Source of the DNA: Octopus sinensis
Lineage: Eukaryota
Assembly: GCF_006345805.1 (NCBI RefSeq)
Contig: NC_042997.1
Location: forward strand, 1,736,001 to 1,800,000
Direction: 5' to 3'
Length of the DNA stretch: 64,000 nucleotides
The notes under the pieces were generated by a model, which made no database searches, was not told where the DNA came from, and was given only the letters and a program-made list of their open reading frames with translations. Within the stretch, counting starts at the first letter, position 1; each line of letters opens with the position of its first letter. The position numbers were made by a program, and so were the translations under genes. Below are positions 39,385-51,826 of this stretch, one piece after another.

Positions 39385-40290
39385 TTTCTGTCTTGTTTTA
39401 TCCTGCCATTTGTTTCAGCCAGCCGACAGCGATAATGCTGGAGCACCGCTGTGATTTTGTATTTTTAGATATCGTTCTTTTCTGGTAGATTTTTTTGCAG
39501 GGAGGTGTGATTTCGTATCACCACTGCTGCATGTTGTTTTCCCCTTGGTTATTGGTTCAATTGTTTGATGACAGAGTTTGACACTACTGACCTCACCTAT
39601 GCATGATACCAGCAGTTGATTCATCCGATAACGTGGATGGGAGAATGTTCAGTTCCTTTTTGAGAGCATCCGCGTTCACATTGTTTAGATTTCTTCACAT
39701 TTTTGATGCGCAATGAAGAGTTATGACCCTTTTAAGGCTAACATTTTAACGCTAACCTACATGGTCCTGACTGTACATGGGGTAGACAGTATCTTTCGTA
39801 CGATGCAATGGCGTCCTGTTTCGCCGTTTTCATAACACTTGATGCCAAAATGAAATACTAATCCTTCCATAATTTCGTACATGTAGTTCAAATCACATGT
39901 GTCACGTCTTCTCTCCAGGAAATAAGTAGTTCCTCTGCTGCATTGTTACAATCATTTCAGTACCCTGACGTTGGACCACTTTCAGCGCTGCTGTTATTTT
40001 GGTGCTTTGTGATGACCAGAGATGATAACAGTAGTTCAGGCAGCTGATAAAAAAAATTAACCGCTAGGTCAATTAGATTTCTTGGCCTGTTGCCCTGAAG
40101 GACATAATATTCATCATGACTGTTATCTGTACTTTGTTGCCATATTATAAATGTACATATGAAATCACTCACTACCTATAACTCTGGGATCGCGATATGT
40201 TCTCGTCCTCTATATTTAGAATGCAGTGCATTTTTGAGCTGACAGCACAGTGCCTGAAATTTCCGAGCATTAAACTGAATGTTAGTCTAA
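39385..40290 (-). mobile_element. CR1-group LINE 3' relic (ORF2 C-terminus + 3' UTR)
   Basis: Minus-strand peptides NIQFNARKFQALC, ISCLNYCYHLWSS...LKVVQRQ, FLERRRD..LNYMYEIMEGLV..FGIKCYENGETGRHCIVRKI. Colinear with the fragment at 62990-63385. Confidence 0.8.
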
Positions 40291-40579
40291 CTGCACATCA
40301 GACCATCACATTTGGGCTGTGCAGTGGTATTTGGTGCAATTCTTTCGGATTTTCAAGATCTTAATAACAATAGTTCTATTGATTAACCATGCCATTGAGA
40401 TGAAAATGAGCTTCATAACTCATTAACAAAATGAGGTTGAGATTTACCTAAAAAATTGCTTCCATCTAACGTACGAAGTTAAGCCACTGTGTACAGTGCC
40501 ATGGTTTCAACTGTTGCCTAATGACCGATTTGTATGGGTCGCAATGCAGGTCTTAATGCATATTACGTCATATTGATAG

Positions 40580-41026
40580 ATTACCGATGCCAGGGTCATT
40601 GGAATGCTTCTGAGCAGAGTCGTTCGGACTCTGTACCTAACCTTCTCTGAAGCCTTCAACAATTCTCGAGGTCTGTACCTTTTGTGGTGCCCCCACTCGT
40701 CTCCCATTCATTATTGTACCTCGTGTAATGAAGTGCGTTCATCCGAAGTAAGATTGTGTTATGGGCGGGAATAACCTGATTTCGGTGAATGTTGAAGTGA
40801 CGATGTAAATCACGCTGAACTGATGTGACTGACTCATTATCCTTCGCGAAATTGTCGTAGGCAAACACACGATGCTCTATCATCCACAGAAACTTTGCTT
40901 CACCTGAAAACAAAAAAATAGTGCTAAAACACCGCAGACAAAATAGTAGCTGTCCGACCCAGGTTCGTCCCCTCGGAGCTGAGTAATAGCTATTTTAAAA
41001 ACGTCCACCTCCTCTGTTCTACCCTG
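40580..41026 (-). mobile_element. Tc1/mariner-superfamily relic (DUF4817-type HTH transposase N-terminus) with probable TIR
   Basis: W.IEHRVFAYDNFAKDNESVTSVQRDLHRHFNIHRNQVIPAHNTILL, then RVRTTLLRS. The minus strand begins CAGGGT at 41026 next to a TA run. Confidence 0.8.
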
Positions 41027-41055
41027 CTATATATATATATATATATATATACATT

Positions 41056-41261
41056 AGAGAAAAAACGCTATTATGCTATTCAAACAATGATAGACGTAAA
41101 CCAAATCATAAATAAAAAATAAAATATATTTTAAAACATATAACTAGGTCACAAAAAGTACAAAAATGAATAAACAATATATATCAAGTAAAAAGATTAC
41201 GTACGTTTCATGGTTATAATTTAAATTCGAATTACAATTAAATTTAAATTTAATCGATTAA
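41056..41261 (-). mobile_element. Truncated PLE pseudo-LTR-like fragment with half hammerhead
   Basis: Minus strand has GAAA cgtacg TA (palindromic stem III) at 41197-41209. The CUGANGA half is absent, cut off by (TACA)n. Lies between microsatellites. Confidence 0.4.
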
Positions 41262-41273
41262 TACATACATACA

Positions 41274-41303
<30 letters not shown>

Positions 41304-41304
<1 letters not shown>

Positions 41305-41688
41305 CTCTCTCTATATAAACGGCAGTTTGTCTGTGCGTGTTTCTGTGTGTCTGTTTGCTTGTACCCTCACCCTGATCACGGCTTTCAACCGATTCAGATG
41401 AAACTTGACACACACATAGCCCAATGTCATAATTCAAAACTAACGCAGCGAAAATTTTGAAAAGTTCCCCCAGTTCTGAAAAAAATCGATAAATTCGACA
41501 TGGGGTCGAGAATCAGGAACACAAACCACAAACTGTGTAGGGGACGCAACTCCACCTTTTTTAACTATCAAAAAAAAATTTACCATCATTTTTTCCCATT
41601 TTTTTGCTGTTTTTTGGCTATAACTCTCTAAAAATGCTTTATAGTTATTTCCCTTACAAACCTGAGCAACGCCGGGCGATACTGCTAG
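41304..41688 (+). mobile_element. Intact non-autonomous Helitron (~385 bp)
   Basis: Inserted at A|T. 5' TC (tctctctctatataaa), subterminal (GTCT/GTGT) tract and aaccgattcagatgaaacttg motif. 3' hairpin cctgagcaacgccggg followed by CTAG (41685-41688). Confidence 0.88.
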
Positions 41689-41735
<47 letters not shown>

Positions 41736-41934
41736 GATGTATAGTTATATTTCCGGCTGATCAGTTTTCTTGTCTAACTTCTCAAATGCACTGTATATTC
41801 GGATTGAATATATAGTAAGTAATTAAATAAGTAAATAAATGAACAATAGACCATCCAGAATTATAACAATATCTGTATCAACACACGATTTAAAATCAGG
41901 AATTATGCAAGACGAATACATAAACCTATATATA

Positions 41935-41973
<39 letters not shown>

Positions 41974-42236
41974 CATGCACTGTTTTTATTAACTTGTATT
42001 GGTGTTATATTTATCTGTACCAAATGTAATTTTATACGTATGTGTAAATCACGTAACTACTATCCCTTCCTGATCTTCCTTCGTTTCCCTCTTTCTCTTT
42101 TATTTCCTCTCTCCTCCTCTCCCCTCATACACCGTTGTCCCCCTCCCTCTCCTCTCCCACTCTCTCTTCTTCACACCATCCCTCTCATCCTGTTTCTCTC
42201 TGTCCCTTCTCTCTTTTGAATATTGATCTATAATTA

Positions 42237-42400
42237 ACATGCTGAGACACACCTTCAAGTATTTTAGTGAAATGAATCGACCCAAATACTTTGTTGCAAA
42301 TACTGATACTTATTCTACCAGTCATTTTAGGGTAACGGAACACCCCAATACCGGTTATCAAGCGGTGCGGCGGGATAAGAAAAGACACAATGACAAACAC
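42237..42400 (-). mobile_element. Degenerate 3' half of SINE family D
   Basis: Reverse complement reads ccgcttgataaccggtattggggtgtt...tagaataagta...gggtcgattc...ctcagcatg, matching 26810-26915 and 62780-62900. Confidence 0.65.
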
Positions 42401-43365
42401 ATGCACATGTGTGTGTGTGCATGTCCATGTGCATTCGTACTATATATATAAAAAACAAATACCGGAGAATGATAATTGTACGGGTATTGATATTGATATA
42501 TATCAAAAGCATGTATTAGACCGTCATTTTAGTCGAAAGCCTGTAAACGGAATAAGAATATGGATAAATCTTTCCTGCTTACGGGTTTCAATTCCATTGA
42601 ATGAGATTTATTATGAGAATTTGCTCTCTCGGTTGCTTTTCGAGTAGAACTGCCATTTAAATGAATTTCAATTAAAATTTTCCCATTAATTTCAGCATAG
42701 GTGTATGGAAGAATTTATTGTATTTGCATTTTTTAAAATCTCAACTTTTATATCTCAACATTTATATCTCCTAAGATGAGTACATAGTGCTGTTAAAAAT
42801 TTTAAAACTGAGCGTAATTTAATGAATTCAATACGGTGCAAGCTTTCATTTCCCGAGAAGAAAACTTGCACGTTCCTTCATGCAACCCCACAGATTATTA
42901 CACTGGTGCTACGACTCGAATTTGAAGTTTTATTATACATAATGCTAATATGTTTCATATTTCCTGTATGTATAATATTGTGGGATTTGTTTGATGTGAA
43001 TTTGGACATGATATCCGAAGCAATCTTATTATTACGATAACAGATTCACTAAGTGACGAAGAGTGATCTTATATTTATTATCTGCCAGACCATAACAGCA
43101 AATATGTTAATATATGTTTCTGAGTAATTTCATCCAGAACGGAAATGCAGAGAAGTAGACAAATCCTCTAGCAACGGAAAATTACTACTGATAAAGCATC
43201 TTAAGTAAGGAAACCTAATTGCAAATTTTTGCAGCATTTAAGTTCGACGTGCGAAGGCATTATCCCATTTACCAACAGAGTTTATATGACATTGATTCAT
43301 AAAACCTGCAAAAAACTGTCATCAACAACACATGCACTCATACACAAACAATCAGCTCATACATG

Positions 43366-43436
<71 letters not shown>

Positions 43437-44292
43437 ATATTCCCATGTGTCTGTGTGTGTGTTTGTGTTTGTGTGTGTTAGTGGGATTTGTTTATGTGTG
43501 TTTTGAGTGTTAGCCTTCGTGATATGATGACTAATAGTTGTCGGTAACTAAGAGCTCATCAGATTGCTATTTGGTGGTTTTTCAATTATGGTTTGTTCAA
43601 TTATGCTTTTCAGTTGTGCTAGGGCCCATGACAGTAGCAATACCTATCTGCGGACGGTTAAGTTGAAACCGTTATCATCACGTTTAAATTGTGGCAATAA
43701 ATCATGTTTGGCTCGATACTGTTCTCCTGATAGGAATATGATCGAAATTGTTTTTAAGGCATTTCTTGATATGAGTACGTTGTTAAAAGTTGAGAAGGTC
43801 TCACTTGTGCGTATGTATATGTATATATATATACATATATAGGAATTAGAGGAAAGTGAGATGAGGGAATAGGGGGCATAGTAATGTTGTAGGATCGAAA
43901 AAGACATTGTTTTAACGGTGGTAGTGGTAGGGGATCATGAGGATTAGATTTCTATGAGAGATGTTGATGATGCGGATTGATTCTGGTTAGGTGCAGTGAA
44001 ATGATGAAAATTGATGATGATCATGATGCTGATGATTCTGATTATAGTACGAATATCTGTTGTAGAATCTAAATTTGAGGGGCACGGTTGTGGTTATGGT
44101 GTTATGGAGTATATAAGTCGTCAGTGTTGGTGTGCCAGTACAGTATTGGTATTGGCAATGATATCTATTGTGAAGGTGATGATGATAATGCTAACACAGT
44201 ACAGTGATGTTTCGTTTTTTTTTTCGGTTGGAAACTGTCAATAAATGGTCAAACGTCTATCTATCAGCAGATAAGTAAAGGCTTCTACACAG

Positions 44293-44340
<48 letters not shown>

Positions 44341-45274
44341 CACGCACACATGGGCATACATACTGAACGTTGTAGGTAGGGCTTGTATCAGTAGTGGGAA
44401 ACATAAAAGTACATTCATGCATGCTACAACACATATATGTATATATTCATTCTTAGACTTCTTTAAAGAGAAGAATTCTTCTAGCATATACATGCACATC
44501 TCTCAACATGCAGTGCTTACTGCATCTTTCGGCATATATCTCACAGTTATCTACCTATCTATCAAACTAACAGTCAATTCATCTATCTAACCCCCTGTTT
44601 CTGTGTATATCTACATGTCCGTCTTTCTATCAATCTAACTCTGTGAATTCATCTCTTAACATATTATTTACTTACCTACAGAGCTACTTAACACACTGCC
44701 AAAATAGTCATCTATCTGACGACATAGCTATCAATTTGGATGTCATTTTGTCTGACACTCTAGCTATTTATTTATGTACATCATCCACTCCATGTTATTT
44801 TGTTTCTACATCTGTCCATTTATCTACGTCTCCTGTCTATTTGCCTATGAATTCAACAATCTATGTATCTAATGGTCTTGTTATTTATTCATATATCTAC
44901 AAATCAATCGCTACAGAAACGTACAAAAGAGACCAGTCATATTTTGGTTATCGTATGGATGACTGAACCAGACTGAGAAGCCATTTTACAGATATCTCTT
45001 TCAATCTTACTTTCTCTTTTTCTGTTGCTAGTGTATCTATGTATGTTTATCCATCTATCAGAGTAGGTCTATGAACTATATGCCCATCTACTTCTGTAAA
45101 TGAACATATGAAATAATCCAAAATCTCTAACGTAGTAAAAGATGCAAGCCCTATCAAATTATGCGTCAGTCTGCGTATCTCTGTCTGATGAACGAAGCTT
45201 CTGTCTATGTAACTGTTTATTCATCTACCATCCACTATTATAATTCATAGATCAAATTATGTAATATCCCATGT

Positions 45275-45325
45275 ATCTATCTATTTATCTATCTATATAT
45301 CTATCTATCTATCTATCTATCTATA

Positions 45326-45394
<69 letters not shown>
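45275..45394. repeat. (TCTA)n microsatellite
   Basis: Direct reading. Confidence 0.97.
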
Positions 45395-45395
<1 letters not shown>

Positions 45396-45607
45396 ACGGG
45401 AAGCTTTATGAAAATAGACAAAAGACGAAGGCAGGTGGAAAACAAACAAACAATTGTATTAGTATGGCGCTCAGGAAATATAAGTAAAACAAGTCTTTAA
45501 CGTTTCGAGCCTACACTCTTCAACAGAAGGATACACAGAGAGAAAAAAAACACAGAAAGAAGGAGAGAAAAAAAATGCGTGCAGTAACTAACGAATCAAC
45601 ATGGCGA
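45394..45607 (-). mobile_element. PLE pseudo-LTR-like fragment with variant minimal hammerhead, inserted in (TCTA)n
   Basis: 45394-45536 is the reverse complement of 49479-49620. Minus strand 45494-45531 reads tcctt CTGTTGA a gagt-gtag-gctc GAAA cg TT aaaga. Confidence 0.7.
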
Positions 45608-45632
45608 TCTATCTATCTATCTAATTACCTAT

Positions 45633-45865
45633 TTCTTTATTACCCACAAGGGGCTAAACATAGAGGGGACAAACAAGGACATACATAGGTATTAAGTCGA
45701 TTACATCGACCCCAGTGCGTAACTGGTACTTTAATTTATCGACCCCGAAAGGATGAAAGGCAAAGTCGACCTCGGCGGAATTTGAACTCAGAACGTAACG
45801 GCAGACGAAATACCGCAAAGCATTTCGCCCGGCGTGCTAACCGTTCTGCCAGCTCGCCGCCTTTA
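45633..45865 (-). mobile_element. Full-length SINE family C
   Basis: Minus strand ggcggcgagcTGGCAGAACGG...GAGTTCAAATTCcgccgaggtcgactttgcctttcatcctttcggggtcgataaa. 10-bp TSD aattacctat at 45623-45632 and 45866-45875. Confidence 0.93.
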
Positions 45866-47109
45866 AATTACCTATGTCTGCTTGTCTGTCAGTCCATCTG
45901 TTTGACTGTGTGTCTGTCTCTGTTCATTCGCCTGCCGTCCATTTGTCTGCTTGTCTATCTATATAGCTATCTATCTATTTATCAATCTATCTATCTCTCA
46001 TTCTATATGTCTGTCTATCTGTCTCTGTCTCACTCTCTCTCTCTCTCTATTTCTCTCTCTGCCTGCCTGTCTCTCTACCTATCTATCTGTCTGATTGCCT
46101 GTCTGTCTGTTCATCAATGGAGCATGAGATTGTGAAACAGATTAAATATCAAGTGTTGACACTAAATGCGGCAGGAGCAAGATATAGGCAGCGCCTGAAA
46201 ATTGAATGCGCTATGGTAGTTTCATTCGGGTGGTAGAAAGTGATAACTGTAGTGCGGGAAATATTTGTGATGGTGATAGTTGCGATGGCGACAGTGATAA
46301 TGGCATATGCACATGCGCTGACATACACAAGCACATAGTTTTAACATGTATTCATAAGCGATACATATGTGCGTGTATCAATAAAATCATATATACATAA
46401 AATCTTACTGCACTCATTAATAAACAAAAACGATAATACCTATTCACATGACTATAATTAATATATGAACAATTATATCTACATGCTAAGAAGAAATAAT
46501 ATATTGCATATAATATACGGACATATATCTGTGCACATTGTATAAATTATACATAAACACATTTACACCCTCACATGTACATCTCGTAAACACATATACA
46601 GATACGTACGTTCTATCTCTTTCTCCCGCTCTCTCTATATTTCTCTCTTTTATGTCTCTCTCTACCTCTCTCACTCTTTACTGATATGAGTAAGATCAAA
46701 TACTTTGTATACGCTCGTCTGTGTCTCAACATTCATCCTTCGTACAACCATTAGACTCCCAAACCTATTAGTTATTCTTTTTTACGTTCACCTTCTTCTT
46801 TAACCCTTCTCTCTATGCATTAGTTATACTTTCAATTACTGTAATACACCCTATACACATTTTACAGTCAACGTTTACACCCAAAATCTACGTTGCATAT
46901 ATATATCTTACAATTTCTATGCTATCTGTTCCGTTGCATTTTGCTATTTGTCATGTAGTTTATCCCAAATGTAGTTGTATTGATGCTTGCGCCTGTTCTG
47001 ATGTTGGCATACGTTTACCTGTTTTTTTGTAGCCTTGCTTTATCCAAATAGGTGTATGTGTCTGTTTCAGAGATGCTTATGTGTGTGCGCATATATATAT
47101 ATATATACG

Positions 47110-47249
47110 CATCTAAACTAACTATGATTTAACTATCCTCCCACACCGTCTTCGATGAAGCGATATTATTAATAAATATCATAAAAACAGCTGTAAAACC
47201 TAATATCTACATAACCTTGGTTTTTTTGTTTTATTACGCAAAACATTCT

Positions 47250-47250
<1 letters not shown>
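47110..47250 (+). mobile_element. Degenerate hammerhead-bearing PLE-like fragment between (TA)n tracts
   Basis: 47148-47199 reads gtct tcGATGA agc gatatt-attaata-aatatc ata aAAA cagctg TA aaac. Stem II and palindromic stem III are retained; the core is mutated. Confidence 0.5.
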
Positions 47251-47281
<31 letters not shown>

Positions 47282-47296
47282 ATATTATATATATAT

Positions 47297-47349
<53 letters not shown>

Positions 47350-48244
47350 ATATCATTTTTATACATATATATATATATATATTTATATATCTGTCTGTGT
47401 GTTTCTATATTTTTTACAATTACAGAGTTGTACATGGGTTTCATATATTATTGAAGCATTATTTGTAATTTATGTATGTATGTGCGTGTTGGCTGAGCAT
47501 TTGCCTCTATATGAGTGTGTATGTGTCTGCGTGCTTGCGTAACAGAAACATACTCTGTTTTAATATGAGACGGATGAATAGTGTCATGAACGCAGATTAA
47601 TAGCCATTCTTTGTTGTCAAACATTTAAACACCTTAAGAGTAACCGAAGCTGCACATGAAGGCTTGGGATATACAGTCAGAAAAGGAGTCGTGAATAAAG
47701 GAGTAGGTCATAATCGAATTCGATAGACAGCCGGACGCAAATAGCATATATATTTATGTATATTATATGCACACATGCTAAATCCACATACAAATCTTAC
47801 CGCATACAGATATATGTAGTATGTGTGGGGTATATGCAATGTGTGGGTATATATCAGCATTCAAATAGTATATACAAATGCCGAAGTTAATTTATCCAAT
47901 AGTTAGTACTCTTTAATGCAACCTGAAACATTATTTGTAATATAACTTGTTTATCATGTTACCTCACACTGTATTTATATACCCTTCTAGCAATGCAATT
48001 TGTATTTGTAGAATAACCGTTTTATCATCATTAAGTTAATTACATTCTTTACCGAGCCATATTATTCGAAGTTCTGGTGTCCTAAATAAATACACTTACC
48101 AATAACTACTCGGTAAACCTGGAAAAATCTATCAATCAGTTTAATTAGATTTTCTTCTAAAAAAGTGAAATGAATAACATGATAAAATAATTGGAATAAT
48201 CTCGCGTATTGGATTGGTGGAAATACATCGGCAGTGGATGAGAG

Positions 48245-48279
<35 letters not shown>

Positions 48280-49421
48280 AGAAGGAGAGAGCGATAAGAA
48301 AAGAGAGAGAAGTGAGGGATAGAGATATGGAAGAGAGAGGGACATAGAGGAAATTAGATTGAGAAAAAGAGAAAAATAGATATGCTGATTAAAAGTGAAA
48401 AATGACTTGCTACTTATGGAGTAGTTTGGAAAAAGCAAATATATTGCTAATAGGAAGAGGTATAATATTTTAAAATTTTTATCTTGAATGAAAGGTTGAC
48501 ATTTAAAAATATCATGTTCCAGTAAGCAAGGATATTTTCCTTGTAGAAATACAGAATTGATGTCTAAATTGTATCTAAAATCTTTCATTTTAATCAATAT
48601 TACATTTTGATGGAACGTTTTGGCCAGGTGCTATATCAATTTTTTAGTTCTCATTCGCCTGAATCATTATATTTGACATTTTTCTTTAAACATTTAACGG
48701 ATTAAAGAAGTTATATTCTGGTAGGCAAAGTCATGTACTCCACAGAATACAGCACAAATATTTTACTGCAACATTTACTGTGATTTAAGTACTAGGTAAA
48801 AGGTTTCTGTTCGCTTACAACGTGATTAATATTATCATGCTATAAACGACTAATGTTATCATGTGACTATATCTCGTTGCATGATACCTATTTCCGAATT
48901 GATTTTATACACATACTGAAACTCCATAATCAATTTACAATACATCTGTAAGACAACACATTTACAATTAATAACTTTCTTGAAGTCTATTCCAAAAGGT
49001 TTTCTGATTTGACAGCTATTTCAAATAATATTTTTGTCTATGACACCTACATTTTTGATTGATGCCTAATATTCATGATTGACAAGGATTTACATCAATT
49101 TTTCTCTTAACTCAATTTCTATAAGTGTTTTCGATCATATGTATGTACGTGCGTACGAACATATGTATGTATTTTTCTATCTATCTATCGACGTATCTTT
49201 CTCTCTTTCTGTCTATTTCTCGATACATGTGTGTGTGTGTGTACAACATGATTCCACACAGATACATTCGACCATCTTTGAGTCTTTTTGCGTATACTTT
49301 TCACTGATTCTCTTTTAAACTCTTTCCTTCCCGTTCCTGATTTCCTCCCACGCGCTTGTCATCGTTCTCCTTCTCCCCTCTTTACATATATTACATCTCT
49401 CTTCCTCTTTACATATATTTA

Positions 49422-49467
<46 letters not shown>

Positions 49468-49478
49468 TTTATATATAT

Positions 49479-49620
49479 GTGTATCTTTCTGTTGAAGAGC
49501 GTAGGCTCGAAAAGTAAAATACTTGTTTTATTTATATTCCTGAGTGCCATACTAATACAATTGTTTGTTTGTACTCCGCCTGCCTTCGTCTTTTGTTTAT
49601 TTTCATAAAGCTTCCCGTTA
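49479..49620 (+). mobile_element. PLE pseudo-LTR-like fragment (same family as 45394), inserted in (TA)n
   Basis: 49484-49521 reads tcttt CTGTTGA a gagc-gtag-gctc GAAA ag TA aaata. Confidence 0.7.
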
Positions 49621-49639
49621 TATATATATATACATAGAG

Positions 49640-50029
49640 AAAGTTGCACACCGCCACTACCGCCGCTTGCCACTAGCCGTCGCCTAACATATACATACAT
49701 ACACACACACGCACACACTCACATACACACACTCTTCATCTCACTCATTGTGTTTTTACCTTCCTTCTTTTTCCGCTCTCCTGTCTTTGAAAACCTGTCC
49801 CCTCTCGTCTACGACTTCCGCCTTTCAGTATGTTAACCTCGTGAAGACCACTCGCGTTTTTTTCCCGCTGTCCTCCCACCTCGGGACCTTCTTTCTCTTA
49901 TGTTTCCGACGAAGAGCTCCGCTCGAAACGTCATACCCTCCTTCTTCCCTTTTTTCCTGAGCGCCTAATAATACTTTAATTGTTCCACCTTTTGCGTTGT
50001 TGTCTTTTTTGTTTTCTTGTTTGGATTAA

Positions 50030-50032
<3 letters not shown>
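49640..50032 (+). mobile_element. PLE pseudo-LTR-like element with minimal hammerhead relic
   Basis: 49901-49937 reads tgttt CCGACGA a gagc-tcc-gctc GAAA cg TC atac. Downstream sequence is related to the reverse complement of 55000-55140. Flanked by (TA)n. Confidence 0.6.
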
Positions 50033-50092
<60 letters not shown>

Positions 50093-50118
50093 TATATATA
50101 TATTATATATATATATAT

Positions 50119-50217
<99 letters not shown>

Positions 50218-50280
50218 GTAGATAGATATATACATAGATACATAGATACATAGACAGATAGATAGATCGATAGATAGATA
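50033..50280. repeat. (TA)n + (GATA)n microsatellite
   Basis: Direct reading. Confidence 0.97.
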
Positions 50281-51612
50281 GGCCCGTATTCACACGTATA
50301 ATCAGGATTATTACTTCACACAAGTACATACAGGAAAAAATTCGAAATGGCATTTTTGCATCATGTTTTGGCGAAGTCGATTGATACCTTGGAAGATTAT
50401 GTCTCTTGATAACATAATAAGGACGAGTGATTGCCCTTTCACTTCACAATAGTATGTTGCTGTACCAGCCTTTGGAAAGTGAGGAAGTTTATAACCCCCT
50501 GATTGTAGTGTATATCATATTCTTAAAATCCTTGGATGTGCAATGTCTGGTATTTTACTTATGAAGTTACCAGCATTATATGTTATCATTCCAAAGACAT
50601 ATTCGTATGAGAATTATTTCTGTTTGCCAACTGCATTGTAATTTTCATTACTTTCAGATACAAATATTTCAATAGAAGCTTCTTTTCTTTTACAAACAAT
50701 TTTTTGGGACCTGAGAAATCGTATATCGAAAAGTAGAGATCAATTGCGTTAGTTTCCAGATGAATTGCATTACTTTCTATGTACGGTATAATCAGCATGT
50801 TTAGAGTATTACCAATTTGTTTTCCTGTACTTGTCTACGTTGATTCTCTATCTTGTCTCTAGGTAATATGTCATTGCATGCTATTGTTAAAATCTGGATC
50901 AAGATTTTCGTTGTGTTTCTCACTTAGTGCTCAGGTTTTTATTAATGTAATTTCTTTTTAATTAAGCTGAATCCTGACAGTTAGTTGGCATGTTGTCATG
51001 TTTCTTGTATTTTGTATACTTAATAAAATTTAAATCTAGTTAGAGTTCTGTGCATTTTATAATTCGTTTATCACTTTTACTATATTATTATATTAGTGGG
51101 TCTTATTAGATTTACTCGCATCAATGTAGGTTTGCTGTATTTTAAAATGAATTTAACCTCTTTCTAGTTTACTGTTTCTGTGTGTACTCTATGTGCGAAT
51201 AAGTTGTTTACCATCTGCAGTCGATAAATTGATATTATTTATATTCACTATACCGTTGATTCTGCTCTCATACTTTTTGGAATTTCAAACCTCATGCAAA
51301 ATGTTGAATAAATGGATTATTGAAATATAGGTTCTTCAAGAGGGTTAGCTTTCATTTTGATTGTAATTCTTATTCTGTCTCTAATTATCTTTCTCTCTCT
51401 ATCGCTCTATCGCTCTCTCTCTCTATCTCTCACTCTCAGTTAATTGTTTGTTTTGTGCAGAATTGATTAATGTTTTAAATTACATAGTTGCTCCACAATC
51501 TTGCTTTCTAATCAAGTCCTCAAATAATTTACTTGTCTTAACTGAAATTGCTAAAAAAACTCATTCATATTACATGCAATCACTTCTAAAAGAAATGGAC
51601 ATATTGTTTAAT

Positions 51613-51826
51613 ATAATAACGGTTCCAATTTTGAAACAAGGCCGGCACCTTCGGGTGAGGATGTATGTCGATGTAATCAACACCAGTACTCAACTAGGAC
51701 TTAGTTTCTCGATCCAAAATTATGAAAAGCAAAGTCGACATTGGCCGCATTCGTACACAGAACGTAAAGATGGACGAAATGCAATTCATCACATGGCGTG
51801 ATGACGATTCTGCAAGCGCACCGTCT
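51613..51826 (-). mobile_element. Old degenerate SINE family C
   Basis: gcaaagtcgac...cagaacgtaaaga.ggacgaaat...gacgattctgc aligns with 45633-45865. Confidence 0.7.

Noticed and set aside
39415-39520. RTE-like RT motif (P..KK...NH.G..LS..G) in the minus-strand ORF
   Set aside because: It lies downstream of the CR1 ORF2 end and overlaps the LINE tail, so it is 3' UTR coincidence.
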